DNA from: Chrysomallon squamiferum
Lineage: Eukaryota > Animalia > Mollusca
Assembly: GCA_012295275.1 (NCBI GenBank)
Contig: CM022665.1
Coordinates: 37,262,001 to 37,326,000 of the forward strand
Direction of reading: 5' to 3'
DNA: 64,000 bases
The notes under the pieces were generated by a model. The model saw only the letters and a program-made list of their open reading frames with translations, did no database searches and was not told the origin of the DNA. Shown piece after piece: positions 1-56,383 of the stretch. The number at the start of each line of letters is the position of its first letter. Positions within the stretch are counted from its first letter, which is position 1. Both the position numbers and the translations under genes were made by a program.

Positions 1-3000
1 TTAAATCTGCTTATTGAAATGTATGGCTGAGTTTGCAGTGAATTTATTTATTAAGATGAAAGAAACATAATAATCTTATTTCATCAGTTTAATAAGCAAA
101 CTGCATATGTAGTTAAAAATGTATTAACACACATCCATGACATTAGCATCCATTTTTAAAATATGAAATTAGCATCCATTTTTAAAATAAGAAATTGTAA
201 CATTTTATCAATTGAAATCATGCTCCACTGGTTCGTGATAAAGAACATGTTTTGTCTTTAATGTGATGAACAAGTGACAAATTGTTTGAGGTGATTATCG
301 GATGCTGTCTGAAAATCAATGAAATGCATCACATACAACATGCATGGACATGCTTTGCTGAGGAGGAGATAGCCTCCAATGCAATGGTTAATTTTGTAAG
401 AGGGCATTTAGCATCACTGGCTCAGATGTGTGTTTTCATTATTAATGAGTGATTACTCGTTCTTGTTTGGTAAATACCATGTCATCAATCAAACCAAGGA
501 GTGTGCTTTCAACTGCACCAGAACTGTAATGGTGTAAGGATAGCATTTGTGTTACTATGCATGAATATTTATGCTAATTTCAACTTCTGAATTAATTATT
601 AATACATCATATTTTTCACTGTCTTTGTTGTAAAAATGAAAAAGAATAGCTACTGTTGTAAAAATGAAAACAAAATAGCTACTATTACTGCTGCTACTAC
701 TAAACAGTTTAAATAAAAATAAAGTAATAAATAACAAGTATATCATTACCATTCAAAGGTTAACCATGTGTCAGCATATTTTAACACCTTTGACACAATC
801 TTGTTTACTTTATTTTACATACCTTTACATCAAATAATATTTCATTTAGGGTTTAAAAAAAAAAAGAAGTAATTCATGTCTGATAATATTTAAAGCTAAA
901 TTGTGAAATCTCATCATTATAGTGTGTGTGTGTGTGTGTGTGATATATGCAAGCTCATACAAAATGTAGCTGCAGATTTAAAGGATTACCTAAGTACATA
1001 AATACTTAGATAATGTATGCATACTTTAAAAGAAAAAAAATCGGTCATTATTTTATGTCACGTTCTTCACAACAAACTATTAAAATAAATAAACTAAAAC
1101 AAAATTGCACTCATTTATTTTTGAATTTAAAAAAAATAGCAGTAGATGGAAGCTCATTACTTAAAAAAAATATATATATTATTTGTGAACTGTGAGAAAA
1201 ATGTGTTGATAATCAGGAAGAAGAAGAAAAAATCTTTTAGATAACTAATTGGTATGATTTAGCATGATGGTGTTGATTTAGTCAAGACAGAAAAAGAATT
1301 TGTTGTAATGTGCTGTAATGTGGCAGGTGATTCATGTGAAAATGCCCAGTCAGATATAATTTGTAATTTCCTGTAACGATCCAGAGCATTTCAGAAATTA
1401 TATCCTGTACGAAAAGCATTATCAGGATTCCATCCATGTCTTATTCAAAACTTTGGGCAAAAAGCAGTGATCATTCCCAAGATAGCCATGCTTGATCAGT
1501 TCCTGAAGAAAATATGCTAACAGTACCCTTTTCTGCTTTGGAAAAGCAATTTGTTAAATATTTGCATGTCTTTTCTTCATCTTTTTTTAAAAAGAAATAT
1601 GTGATAAAAACCAGAGGAGATATAATTTGATCCTAAAGAAAAAAAAACAAAAAATAATAAAATTAAAAATTAAATGTTTTGTTAAATAAATAAAAAAATG
1701 TTGAGAAAAAAAATAAAGAAAGAATAATGAAAAAAGTAATATGCCACCCTGAACTGTGGAGTTCAAATTAAAGTGATGTAAGTGCACTTTCATGATATAT
1801 TTAAATCTTTGGCATTTTTATTTTCATTCATTTACATTTCCAATGTACTGTCTGATGATTTAAAGCTTAAGTTCAACTAGAACACAAATAAAATGTGAAT
1901 AATTAAAGCCAAAGTCTAAATTTAGGAATAAAACTTTTGCCACACCACATCCCCCAAAAAAAAATTTTTTTTTAAATTTAAAAAAATAAATAGAAAAAAC
2001 CTACAGATAATAATAATTTAAAAAAAAAAAAAAGTAAAAGGAAAGAAAAACATAACAAAAAATTAAAGAAAATGTTCTCAGGTGGAACATGTAGACAAGT
2101 GTGTTCTGTTAACACTGAGGTCAATTACTCTGTGAATTATTGGAGTGGTATCTGCTTAATAATCATCTACTTCATTACATTTATAGCAAACCAAGTGAAA
2201 ACCACAATCATCTGCAACACTGATTTCTAAGTGGGATCAGAAACACTGTGAAACCTAGCAGAGTATAAGTATAAGAAGGTGGCAGTTTAATTTTGAAATT
2301 ACTAGGTCTTAAAGCCCTTGTAGATGTTTTATTATAATATATTTTCAGTGCATTAATGTAAAATGGATGATCCTTTTTAAGCCAAAGTTTTTATCTGTTA
2401 TTGAAGTGTATCAAATAATTTTTTGTTTAATTTAAAGTTTTTCCTTGGTTGCTAGACACTAGTTTTTGTTGAAAATGAAGTATGGTAATAAAATAACAAT
2501 CAATTGATAAAATATTTTCCTCTTTTTTTTTCCTGTTAGCTTTTCATATATTAAAAATAAAGTGATGATGATGATGATAATAATATACTTTCTAGACTGA
2601 TATATCACTGAAAAGTTACCATATTCTGATTCTGTCTGAATCATGAAATAATGATTGGGGGGGGATCAGAAGTATAAAAAATAAATTTATGTTTTTTGTT
2701 TATGCCACCAAAAGATTCTGTTTAATATTAGAATTTTTACTGAGACTGTTAGCAGTCACATTAGGGATTAAGTAAATTCTGTCAGAAAGATTTATTAGTA
2801 TTATACTTTATTTTTGTTTTATTATTTTTCAAGTACAAAATGTCAATATGATATGTGTGTTTTATTTTTTTTTTTTTTATTTTTTTTTTAAATAGTATTG
2901 CAAGATGTTTTTATTATTTAAGAAAAAAACAAAAAAAAAAAAAAAAAAAAAAAAAAAAACATGCAACAAATCAGTTAAAAAAATGAAATAAATGAAATAA

Positions 3001-3243
3001 ATAAATAAATAAATATATTTGACAAACATTTATATTGGCCTAACTTTTGGGAATAACAGTCAGTTGAGTTCTGTGTTCACATTCTACCAAGAGTTAATCA
3101 AGAAAGTGTTAGATCAGCCATTTGTATTACTTTAATTCACTTCTCTTTTTTTTTTTCAAACTCATCTTCTAATACAGAAATTTAAAACTGTTTTCAACAG
3201 ACATCTGAACCTTTTACAATCCCAATAGTAATGCTGATGATAG

Positions 3244-3245
<2 letters not shown>

Positions 3246-3293
<48 letters not shown>
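3246..3293. repeat. Poly(T) tract, 48 nt
   Basis: Seen directly. Confidence 0.9.
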
Positions 3294-3294
<1 letters not shown>

Positions 3295-4693
3295 GCTGTG
3301 CATGTGATATTGTCAAACCGTCACTCATCAAGCCTGCACTTCACTGAGTTCAAGGTCCAGTCATTAATACCATTCATTAATATTTTCATGTATTTTTACA
3401 GTTAGTAATTAGCCATAAAACCCCCCCCACCTGATATTGGTCAGCAGATTTGGTTACTGGATGGCAATCCCTGGTCTAGTGGCTTGAGCCGTATGAAATT
3501 AACTAAATATACAAAATGAATTAATCATTTGCACAGTGGCCTTTGAGACACAGTGTTCTTGTGATTAATCTTAATACACTAAGAGTTCCAGCCTTAAGTT
3601 CTGTGTACATGCATGTAAGTGGGGACTCACAAAGCAAATTATTTTTCATTATTTCATTAATGTGTTCAATACTGCCCAAGGCAGGCAACAAAAGCTTGTT
3701 ATTAGTACATGTATAAGTTAGTTATATATGTGAAGCTGAAAATAATAAAATTAAATAAATGTTTAAAAAGCTTTTAATTATGCTATATAGATATAGAGAA
3801 AGAATTAAATCTATATAGACTAGAGAAAGAACTCCTGAATAATATACCTGAATGAATTGTAAACGTTGATCTTAGGTTACTTTTTTTTTTTTTTTTTTGT
3901 CAAATCATATTTATTATTAGTGAAGATTACCCAGAAACAAAGTAGTGAATTTGATTTTTGAAGCATATTGAAATATATTTATGTACTAGTTACAAATAAT
4001 CAGATGGCTAGGAACACTTTAAGCTGATACTTGCTTAAGGCAATAACAAGATTTATTTAAGTAATCTCTGGACATTCTATTTGTAGTTTGAATCTAATCT
4101 GTTCTTGAAAGAGACCCAATGCTTCCATTCTGCAGATTTTCTTCTTCATTAAGTCAAAATCTTTTATTGTGTACTTACAACAGAATAATAAATTATACAT
4201 GTCTACAGCATGCTGAGTTAGACAACAGAATCAAAATTTTTTCTGTGTCCATTGGTTATATCCCATTCTAGCCAGAGCACCTTTATTATTTTGTCAGTGA
4301 CATTGTGTATGCATTTCTGCATTTCTTTGTTTGTGAAAATATTTATAAAAGATCCAGAACTGGTAAAGAGTAATTGACAATGATGACAGCAGATTCCATC
4401 CGATTTCAGTACAAATAATAAAATAAATCATGTTCATACATTATAACCATTAGCAGTAAAATATGTTGAAATGTGTTTAAACAGTTAGTACGTGTAATGT
4501 TTTTTTAAAATATAAAATAACCCAGTTATTCTGAAATCTCCTTGCCCAGCAGTATCTCAAGTGTATGTTTTCAAGTACTGTTAAATAATCAGTGTCTTAG
4601 TTCAAGATCTTTGTTTATTTATTTAAATATTTACATTTGGTCCTTCTTCGGGACATTTATTTGTTATTAATGTCTTTTTCTCTTCGTTTTCAG

Positions 4694-47054
<42,361 letters not shown>

Positions 47055-48944
47055 ACAATGATCAAAACAATGAGATCATTTATGACAATATTCTTGACAT
47101 TTCTCTCTTGTAAAGTGAAACATATGGTAGTGCAAAGGACTACTGTGTGAGATTAAGTTTTGGATGATTTTTTTTTTCAGTCAGTTAAGGGAGGATTTTA
47201 CTTATATGGCAGAGATTTGAAGACATTTTTTTTTGACAGTGTAAATTTGCTGTCATGAGTTTGTGAACAGAAGATGAATTGTTACCATTGACAAAAAGGT
47301 CTTTATCTATGTTCTTTAATTGATCCAAATAGTAATGATCATGTTTCATCTGTTAACAGTGACTGACCACTGTCCATTTAATGACCATTTGGTACCAGTT
47401 ATTTGTTGATTGTAACTAGTACTTATGATCAGTTGGTTGTGCTTCTGTTACAAGAAGCAGAGAAAAGTATGGGTCCAGTTTTTCTTCACATTTTTTTTAA
47501 TGATGATAAACTTAGCATGTTTCCATGAAAACAGATTTTTGTTGATGTTATTTTTTTTTTGCTGTTTATCCCTGTGCAATCATGTTTACTGTAGCCACTA
47601 GTAGATGGAGATAATTTTCCTTGATAAGCTATTCATTTATTTCATTCAGCTTGTAACTGGTTTTACATTTTGGCTTGCATATGCTAAGAATGTTTTGATG
47701 TTGACATATGCTAGGCTTCTTGGAAACTTGTGACAATTGTTTAACATGTCTATAATTCTTTCTCTTTTTTTTCTTTTTTTTTAGCAATTTGTCAACTTGC
47801 AACAAAACTGGATGTAAAATTCAATAAGAAATTTCATATTTTGAAAGAGTCAATATCCTTGAACTTTACTGACTCAAAACTGCAAACATTTGTATTCTTG
47901 TTTTTTTTGTTGTTTTTTTTCATTGATTTTAATAATCACTGAAGAAGAAAAACAATACTTGTTTTCTTTCACAGATAATTCGCACATCTGTTATTGGATT
48001 TTTCTGATATAATAATGTTTAAACCAGGCATTAATGTTTTTGAAGATTTTATGTTTTTATTTAAATTTTAATTTAAATTTAATTTAAATATTCTGACATT
48101 GATTTTAATTCTGTATCATGTAAAGACATTCTAGAAAAATAATGTTGTTGAAATTCACTGTAGACAGTTTTTATTAAAATCAGTACAGTGAAGATATTCT
48201 TACAAGAAGATAAAACATTGTTCAAATGATGTATGAATTTAACCTTGAAGGCATCAGACCATGTAATAATCTTTATAAATGAAGTTATAATGTCCAATGT
48301 CATATTGGCATATTCCACCAAATTTAATTAAAAAAAAACCCAAAAAGCTAATCCTTTCATTTATGATAAAAAAAAAAAATATTATATAAGCTTGTCACAA
48401 TAAATACATTTTTATTCTGATTGGTTCATTTAATTGTTAACTTAATTTTTAATTTTTAATTTTTTATTATTATTATTTTTATTTTATGTATCTACTATTA
48501 ATCAAAATAGTTCTGTTATAAAAACTCATTGATTTTAGTGAATATTTGTTTATCATTTAAATTACTTGATATCAATGTGGTAAAAATGTAGCATTTTTCT
48601 AATAATTATAATTAAATTCACCAAAACATTATGCTGAAGATTATTTGACTTTTTGCAGGCAGTTAGAGTTAAATAATCAAATATTCATTCTTCAAGAATT
48701 GTAAAGTTTATCTCTTCTTAACTTTTTTTGAAATTTGGACAAACATTTCTTGCCTTCCAGTTACAAAATGTCTAGTCCCAATGTAAATATCTTTAGTATA
48801 CCAATTGTTAAGGTTGTGTGCATGTGTTTTCTTTGGTTGTTAACTTGATTCATACTGAAACAGCATGAAATAATGTATTTAAAGGTATTATATACATATT
48901 ATGTATGCTATAATAGTATCAGTCAGTGATGTATGTACATATTT

Positions 48945-49210
48945 GAAATATCATAGACTATATGGAAATACATGTATGGAAATTCGTTATAGATTACGTG
49001 AAATGAAATTGTGGAAATGCATTATAGATTATGTGAAATGCATTTATTGAAATGCATTATAGACTATGAAAATACATTATAGATTATGTGAAATATACAT
49101 TTATGGAAATGTTTTATAGACTATGAAACACATTTATGGTAATGCATAGCGAAATCAAGTGAAATACATTTACAGAAATGAATTATAGATTATATGAAAT
49201 ACATTTACTA
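48945..49210. repeat. Degenerate tandem repeat downstream of the PACS stop
   Basis: Recurrent tatagattatgtgaaatgcatttat-ggaaatg. Confidence 0.75.
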
Positions 49211-52200
49211 TTGTAAAGTAATGTGTAGTATACATTCCAGACTGCATCTCATTATGTCACCAGTTCAGTACAGAATTGGTATTAGCCCCAGAATAGTGTT
49301 CTTAGAAAATTAAATGTATATGATTTTGCTCAAATCAAAAATGTCTTTCTTTTGTTTAGTTACATTTTATAGTGATTAAATTGATTATAACTGTCTTTAA
49401 AATTCTTTTCTCCCAATATATGCTAGAATTTTTTATCATTCAAGATTTAAAATGTTATATTTTTATGACATTTCTGTTGACTTTTAATTTTATTACTTTT
49501 TATTAATATTTAATAATTTTTGGTCTATAAATATTTGAACAAAACTTAACTGTTGACTTAAAAAAAAAAAGAAAAAAAGTTCTGCATTAATTAAAAACTA
49601 ATTTATTTAATTTGTTCTTTCTTCTTTAGAGAATTTTGGCAGCAGAAGAATTATTATTATATTAAAACCCGTCTTGTCTCTAGGTTTCTGGTTAATCTAT
49701 GTTCAGTATATTATTGTATATAGGCTTCCAGAACAAATTTCTGTCACTGTTTTTCATGAATATAACATCATCAGATACATTCAAAACAAGAAAACTATTA
49801 TATAGTGCATTTATATACATGACTAAATCTCATATCACATTTGCACATTTGTATTCCTTCGAAATAAAACCTGATATAGTGCAGACAGTAAACTGTATTG
49901 ATGGCAAACTTGAAATTATGTCAGAGATTTTACAGACGTACAGGCTGACAAGCTTGAACAGTTTTATAAAGGACATGTTTCATAAATATCCTTGGAAATA
50001 TGCTACTAATAATCCATACCCAAATTACAGGTCCAGATTATCATTTTTCCTAGACCAAAATAGATCACATAATAATAATTCAAAAACACGTCTCTGAGCA
50101 ACAAAATATATACTTCCCATGTTTATAAATCACCTGCACTGCTAGAATCTTACATTTAACAAAAATTAAAAAATGTTGGTATAAATGGCAAACATATATT
50201 AGTGCAGGCAGCATCAATAGGTCAGATTATTAGTAAAAATTAATTTCAAATGCCTGGTTCTAATTTTATGTGGTCTAAAAGAGATTCTAGACAGTCAGTG
50301 TCTGGAAATCATCTACATTAAAGATTCTTTGTTGTGGATTTAATCATTCAATGGTGTGTTGAAACAGATCTGTTTTGGAGTCAGATTTATAAAATAACTG
50401 TTATTTTCATGAAAAGGTCCAATTCGTTTTTTTTTTGCATGTAACTACAACTGTGGCTCAAACTTTATCAATTCAAGTTATTACACCAATATTTGACTTA
50501 AGTTCTTTTTACTATAATTAATTAAATGTTTGCATTCTGTGCTAAATACTGTATATGAATACACATTGACAGTTTTCCAGACGTCAGGCTGTGGGGAAAA
50601 TTGCTTTTCTGAATAGTATAACAGTTTTTCTCAGACACTATAGGAATCATGTAATGTTGTTGTTATTATTATTAAAAATACATTTAGCCAAAATGCCTGC
50701 AGCAAAGTAAGAATGTTTTTTAAGTTTACTGGTCTCTATAAGAAAACATTATGTGCTTAGGCTTGATTTGCTAGAAGTTACCAAAGATTTATTGTTGTTC
50801 ACGAAAATCCAATAGGGTGCTATTAGCAGTGTTAAAAACAATCATTGGTAAAATGTTTCAAGATCGAAATTGAGGGGATTTATAATAATAGATTTAATTT
50901 ACTGTATTCTCTTTTTCATTATTTGTTTATTTTTATTTTGTTTTTAATAATTCTGCTTCTTTTTAATTTTGTAGAAATGTTTAGGAAATGGATTTACAGA
51001 GGATTTTCTTTTTAATTCCAGTGCAGTTCAGTTAAATTTAAAACAATTCTGTATTTTCTGCATCCCAGTTTATTTTTTTGTTGCAGAATTTCAATACTCT
51101 GATATCCATAAACACTGCCTTTTGTTTACATCATGCATTTTGTTGTTGAAATATTTTCTCATTTTAATAAATGTTCAGTTTAGTAAACAAATATTTTTTA
51201 TCTTTTAAAAAAAAAAGAAATTGTTATATTTTGTTGGGATGTTGCTATGATTTTGTTTTAAATTTTTGTCTTCTTTTCAGTAGAAAACAATCTTCAGTTA
51301 ATGTATTTGTCAGTTTGTCTACATTTTAAAATATTAATTAATTTACAGAATTCTAAGTGTACATGTATGTCAATAGATAAAGTTCAGAGACTCATTTTAA
51401 ATTAAACAAACATATTGATATAGATTAATGATTAAAGAAGAAAAGAAGAAAAGAAAAAAATTAACCAACAGTTGTGCTCGATTTTTCTCTAATTATAATT
51501 TAGGAGTCTTCCAGAAATTGACATGTAAAATCAATTAATATATAGCTTATTATAAGCTGCTTAAAAATAGTGCCTCCATGATTAAAGTGGCTGTTCTAAC
51601 ATCAGATTAATAATCATTTTATTCTTTTGGACAATCAGTCATCTTGATAACAGCTAATATATATATATATGTGTACACACGTGGTAAAGGGTAATTCAAA
51701 AGCTTTATTGCTGTTGTCTTTTATTTATTTTTTGCATAAGTACATTTTAATTTTTCTTCAGTTAGCATCAATAAATATGTGAAAATCTGTTTGAACCATA
51801 GCAAACAATATGAAGGATGTACTGAAAATTGAAATAATTTCATCTTCAACAAAGTTCAAATATCACAGATTTTTACCACAGTAAATTTTGTTCCGTTTTG
51901 TTTTGTTTTGCTAGTTTCTTTTGTTTTTTTTTATATTTTTTACATCATTTAGCAAAAGGAAATGTTGATACATTTTTGGTGCTGGACACTTGGTAAGTTG
52001 CTTTTAAACTAAACTTTAAAAATAAATCTGTATATTTTGTTTTTTATTTATTCCTATGTAAATTGTAAATAGAATTTGGCAGAAATCAGCTCTGTCATTC
52101 ACAAACATCTTTAAACCCTAGGTTTTCTGAAAATAAACTTCTTTTGTTGTTTATTATTGTGTAAACAGAAATGAAATTTAATTTTGATCATGTTTTGTAG

Positions 52201-55200
52201 CTTTAGCTGAATAATCATGGATATTTGTTTACTATAATTGCCGTAAAATGTTATGCATGTATTATGAATTAAATAATGTCATGTAATTCATTTCTTATAT
52301 TGTATTATGAGCCATCAGAATTGCACTTTGATACACATTTTTAAAATAAAGATTAATGTCAATAATAACTAATTGAAAAAAAAAAAAAAAAAAAAAAAAT
52401 TGAAAAAAAGAATTGTTCTGTTTATAAAGAATAATGGCATTAAATTTTATCCTGAACTTAATACTTATAGCATTTTTTGACTTTAAGATTAGGGGATTTC
52501 ATAATCTGTTTTTTTCCACATTTCATTCTGATTTGAAAATGATCAAGATGAGAAGTGTGTGTATATTTATGTTAATTTTATTACACAAAGAAGAAAATAC
52601 TGAATACCTAATAAGCAGTGTAGATCCTTATATAAATATATATATAGTTATAATATCACCCTATATAACATTGAATTTGATAATGTAAGAAAATGTCTCA
52701 CATGATGTGTATGTAATAGCATTTTGTTTACTCTTATTTTACTGGGTTATAGACATGAAAGAGATGAATTTTAAATTGTTCAAATTTAAGGCATATTTTA
52801 GGAAAACCATGAGCTATTCTAAATTTTGCAATGTATTTGTGCTGTTATTTTTAATTAATTTTTGTTTTCCAGATTTTTAAAGATTTTAAATTTGAGTGCT
52901 ATCAGTTATATGTGTTTTCTTGGCCATGTCCAAAATTGGTTTGTTAAGTGTAATTACACTTACACTTAAATATCACTGTTGATTTTTTAAACAGGTTTTC
53001 TCATGTAACAACATACTGCAGAAGTTTAATTTCAAAAATACTTCATTAAATCATAATTTGAGAAGAAGACCTCAATATTTTAGACTGGTAGGAAGGAAAT
53101 TTGTATAATTTTTTTAAAAATGTTTTAAAAATAAAGTAACATCATTCTGCTGCATTTTCAAACACATACATTTTTAATTCAATTACTACTTAATTCATTT
53201 AGTGTTCAACTTCTTCAGTATAAGAACTAACTTATAATTTAAAACCAACAAAGAAAGATCCAGATCTAGTAATATTCTTGTTTATAAACTTTACATATAT
53301 ATTTGTTTGTTGTTTTGTTGGAGTTCTTTTTAAAAATGTTTTATTTGCTGATAATGGAAACATATTAACAGTAAAGCCTTTTTTTTTTTTTTTTTTTATA
53401 TGTAAATCATATTTTTAATTGAACTTTATTTAATAACATGCACAAATTTAAAAAACACAAAAACCATTTGTTACATTTCTTAAGGAAATCTTTAAAAGTA
53501 ACAAGATTAGTTAAACCTGACATTTCAGACAATAAAAGGTTTCGTGGTTTGAAAAAAAGAAAAATATATATCCCTTTCTCTAAAATGTATAATTTTTTAT
53601 TTCATGATTAAATGGTATCCTTCATTTTTTGTGTGTGAACGGATGTGGGGATGTGATTTATATATATATATAAACAATCTTGAAGATGAGATTTCATAGA
53701 TATCAAAGTGCTAAGTCAGGTCTTGAGATTCATCTTAATTAATATTGAAATGGATGTTTGGGCCCAACACATGAATGTATTATGAAAACAGATTCATATT
53801 TTTCATGCTTGATTACCTCAGATTTTAGTTTATACAGCTGGTGGGTAAATTATCTTACATGTATTAAATTATTTGCATCTGTTCTCAGATTATTTTCCCA
53901 AGAGAACTGCAAAATATTTGAATGTTTTATATCTTAGAAAATTTTCAAAATATTTAAACATTTGCTGATGTTAACTGTTATTCTCAAAATGGTAATTTAT
54001 TTTAGCTTGCAATTCAACAAAAATAAATAACCTATTAAAACAGTTTATTTTAGCTATAATGAACATTAATAATAAGGGTGTTCTAGTTGTGTTCACTTTA
54101 TTAAAAAATTTCTCTTCTAATTTACATTTTAAATCTTAGCTTGAGAAACAGAACTCCAGTAATAATAATAATAATTATTATTATTATTTTAAATGAGAAA
54201 GATTTAGTACATATAACTTTCATTCAGTTTAATATGTTTCATTTTTATATTTGAATTACTGATTATTACTACATTTATTCCTTCCTCAAATCATGGATTG
54301 TAAAATTTTGTCATGTTACTTTAAAAAAAAAAATAATAATATTGACTTATGTTGTCAAAGTTAAAAACTGTTATAGAATAAACACTTTATACATATAAAA
54401 AAAAAATGATGGAATAGTAATTAGTTAGTGGCAAACAAGTCTTCATAGAATTAATTTTAGACAATTGTGTCAATAAAAATATTTGTTGACAAATTACGAA
54501 TGTAATTCATGTTACCAGAAGATGGATTTTGCTTCAGTTGTGAATGTTTCATGAAATTTGTCCACAGAAAACAAAATGTATATAAATCAGAGCTTCACAG
54601 TACACAGTATAATCCAAAGAATTTGTAAAAATAATTTTTTATTATTCTTATTTCTTAAAGCTATGCCATAAAACAGAACCATTATTTTAAAGCATATTTA
54701 TAAAATTTTTATTTTTGAACTAATGTTAAACTTATTATTATTACTAATTTTTTTTTTTTTTGTAAACCATTCAAACTACTGAAAATGAATTTAAAAATAT
54801 GCAAGAAATAAACAGCCATTTCATCATCTTTATACATAAAATCCATATATAAAAAACGAAAGATATCACTTATATACCATAAATTCAGCTTTCAAAGTAA
54901 GTTTTCTTCTTTTTCTTTTTTCAAAGCTCGTTGCTTTGATAAAAGTAATAAATGTTAAGAAAATTACCAACTGAGAAGCAGAAATGTAAAATTTAATATT
55001 ACCGTACTAATTTAAAGCAGAACAGGTATTCTCTTGTACATGTAATTTATTTAACAAGATGTTCTGCAGATATTGAAATGAAATGTATAAATTTATGTGT
55101 ACTTAAATGTAAAATGTAATTATTTTGTCTTAGCATCATGAAAAATGAGGAAAATAAAATAATGAAAGAAAAATAAAACGACAAGAAAACAATCTGGGAG

Positions 55201-55872
55201 TGAAATGATGAATAAATTTTGTACAGCCTGTTGTCTGGGTTTTGTTTTTCTTTTTACACAATTTGCTTTTTAACATGGCAAGTTCCTGTCACTGTACATA
55301 CTAATGCAAAAGAGAACAAAAACTAATTTAGACAAATAATAAGTTGTACAGTATACAGTGCCTTTTTTTAATATTTTGTTTTTAATACAAAAGTGTCCAC
55401 ACATGTATACATGTAGTCAAAGCATAAAAATGTATATATATATACACACCACTTATTTTATTAATATTAGTAAGACATTTACAAAATACGTTTACTATCA
55501 AATATTATACATTATCCTTCTTTTAGGACAAAATAGCACATTCTATTTATTCTGTATTTCGATACGAAATATTTACTGTAAACTTTAGTTAAAAAACCCC
55601 ACAAAAACCTGTGAAAATATTAATGAAGTCAATGTGTTCATTTGATCACGAAATTATACTGATCAAATCCTCAGGCAGTGATTATTTATATATATATATA
55701 TATATATTTAAAATTGTACATACACAGAAAAATGGGAATATCGAGAATTAAACGTTTCAAAAGATAAATTAGTTTTGTTTTACATTTGGCTGGACACATT
55801 TTTTCTCATACATTCTTGGGCAATGAATTGTAAACAAAATGACAAGAGTTGTAAACATTTTTATTGTTCTAA

Positions 55873-56383
55873 TTACTTCACTGTGATTTTTGCTGCATTT
55901 TTGTCAGATATAGAATAATTGTCCCACTTCTTTTCTGGATCATACGGCTCCCACCGGCTGGCTGGGAAAATGTGCTTGTTTCTCTCGTACCAGCTCCTCA
56001 GGCACACTTTACCTGCATGACTTTCATCTTTCTCAATTCGAGCATCACTCACCACTCGAATGTCTTCGTGAGCGTCAAAGTTAAAGAGTGGACCACTCTT
56101 CCCTCTAGCTTTTGTAACAATGAAGTCATAAAACAAATAATGATGAGGAATAATGAGATCTTCTTTCACGTACATCAGCTGGTCGACTGTAACAGATTTC
56201 AAGTCGTTGAATTCGCGACGCAAAGTCTCTAAACACTTCTGAAGAAACTGTTGGATGCTGTTGCCCTTTTTCATACGAGCTTGGCGCCTATGCCCAGAGC
56301 CATCCCAGTAGCTGTATGTGATTTCTATCTCCTCATTCTTGATGCTGGCTTGTCTCGACTCCCACTCCATTTGAATCTGCTCC
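55873..56383 (-). CDS. FAM50A: FAM50 coding exon 5 (XAP5 domain)
   Basis: [11 protein letters not shown]...YSYWDGSGH...KITVK-TAA. Confidence 0.97.

Noticed and set aside
47071-47081. Match to the 5' end of bantam miRNA (tgagatcattt)
   Set aside because: Only 11 nt, no precursor hairpin, and it lies just after the PACS stop
49699-50097. 132-aa ORF downstream of PACS
   Set aside because: No recognisable domain and AT-driven composition; likely chance
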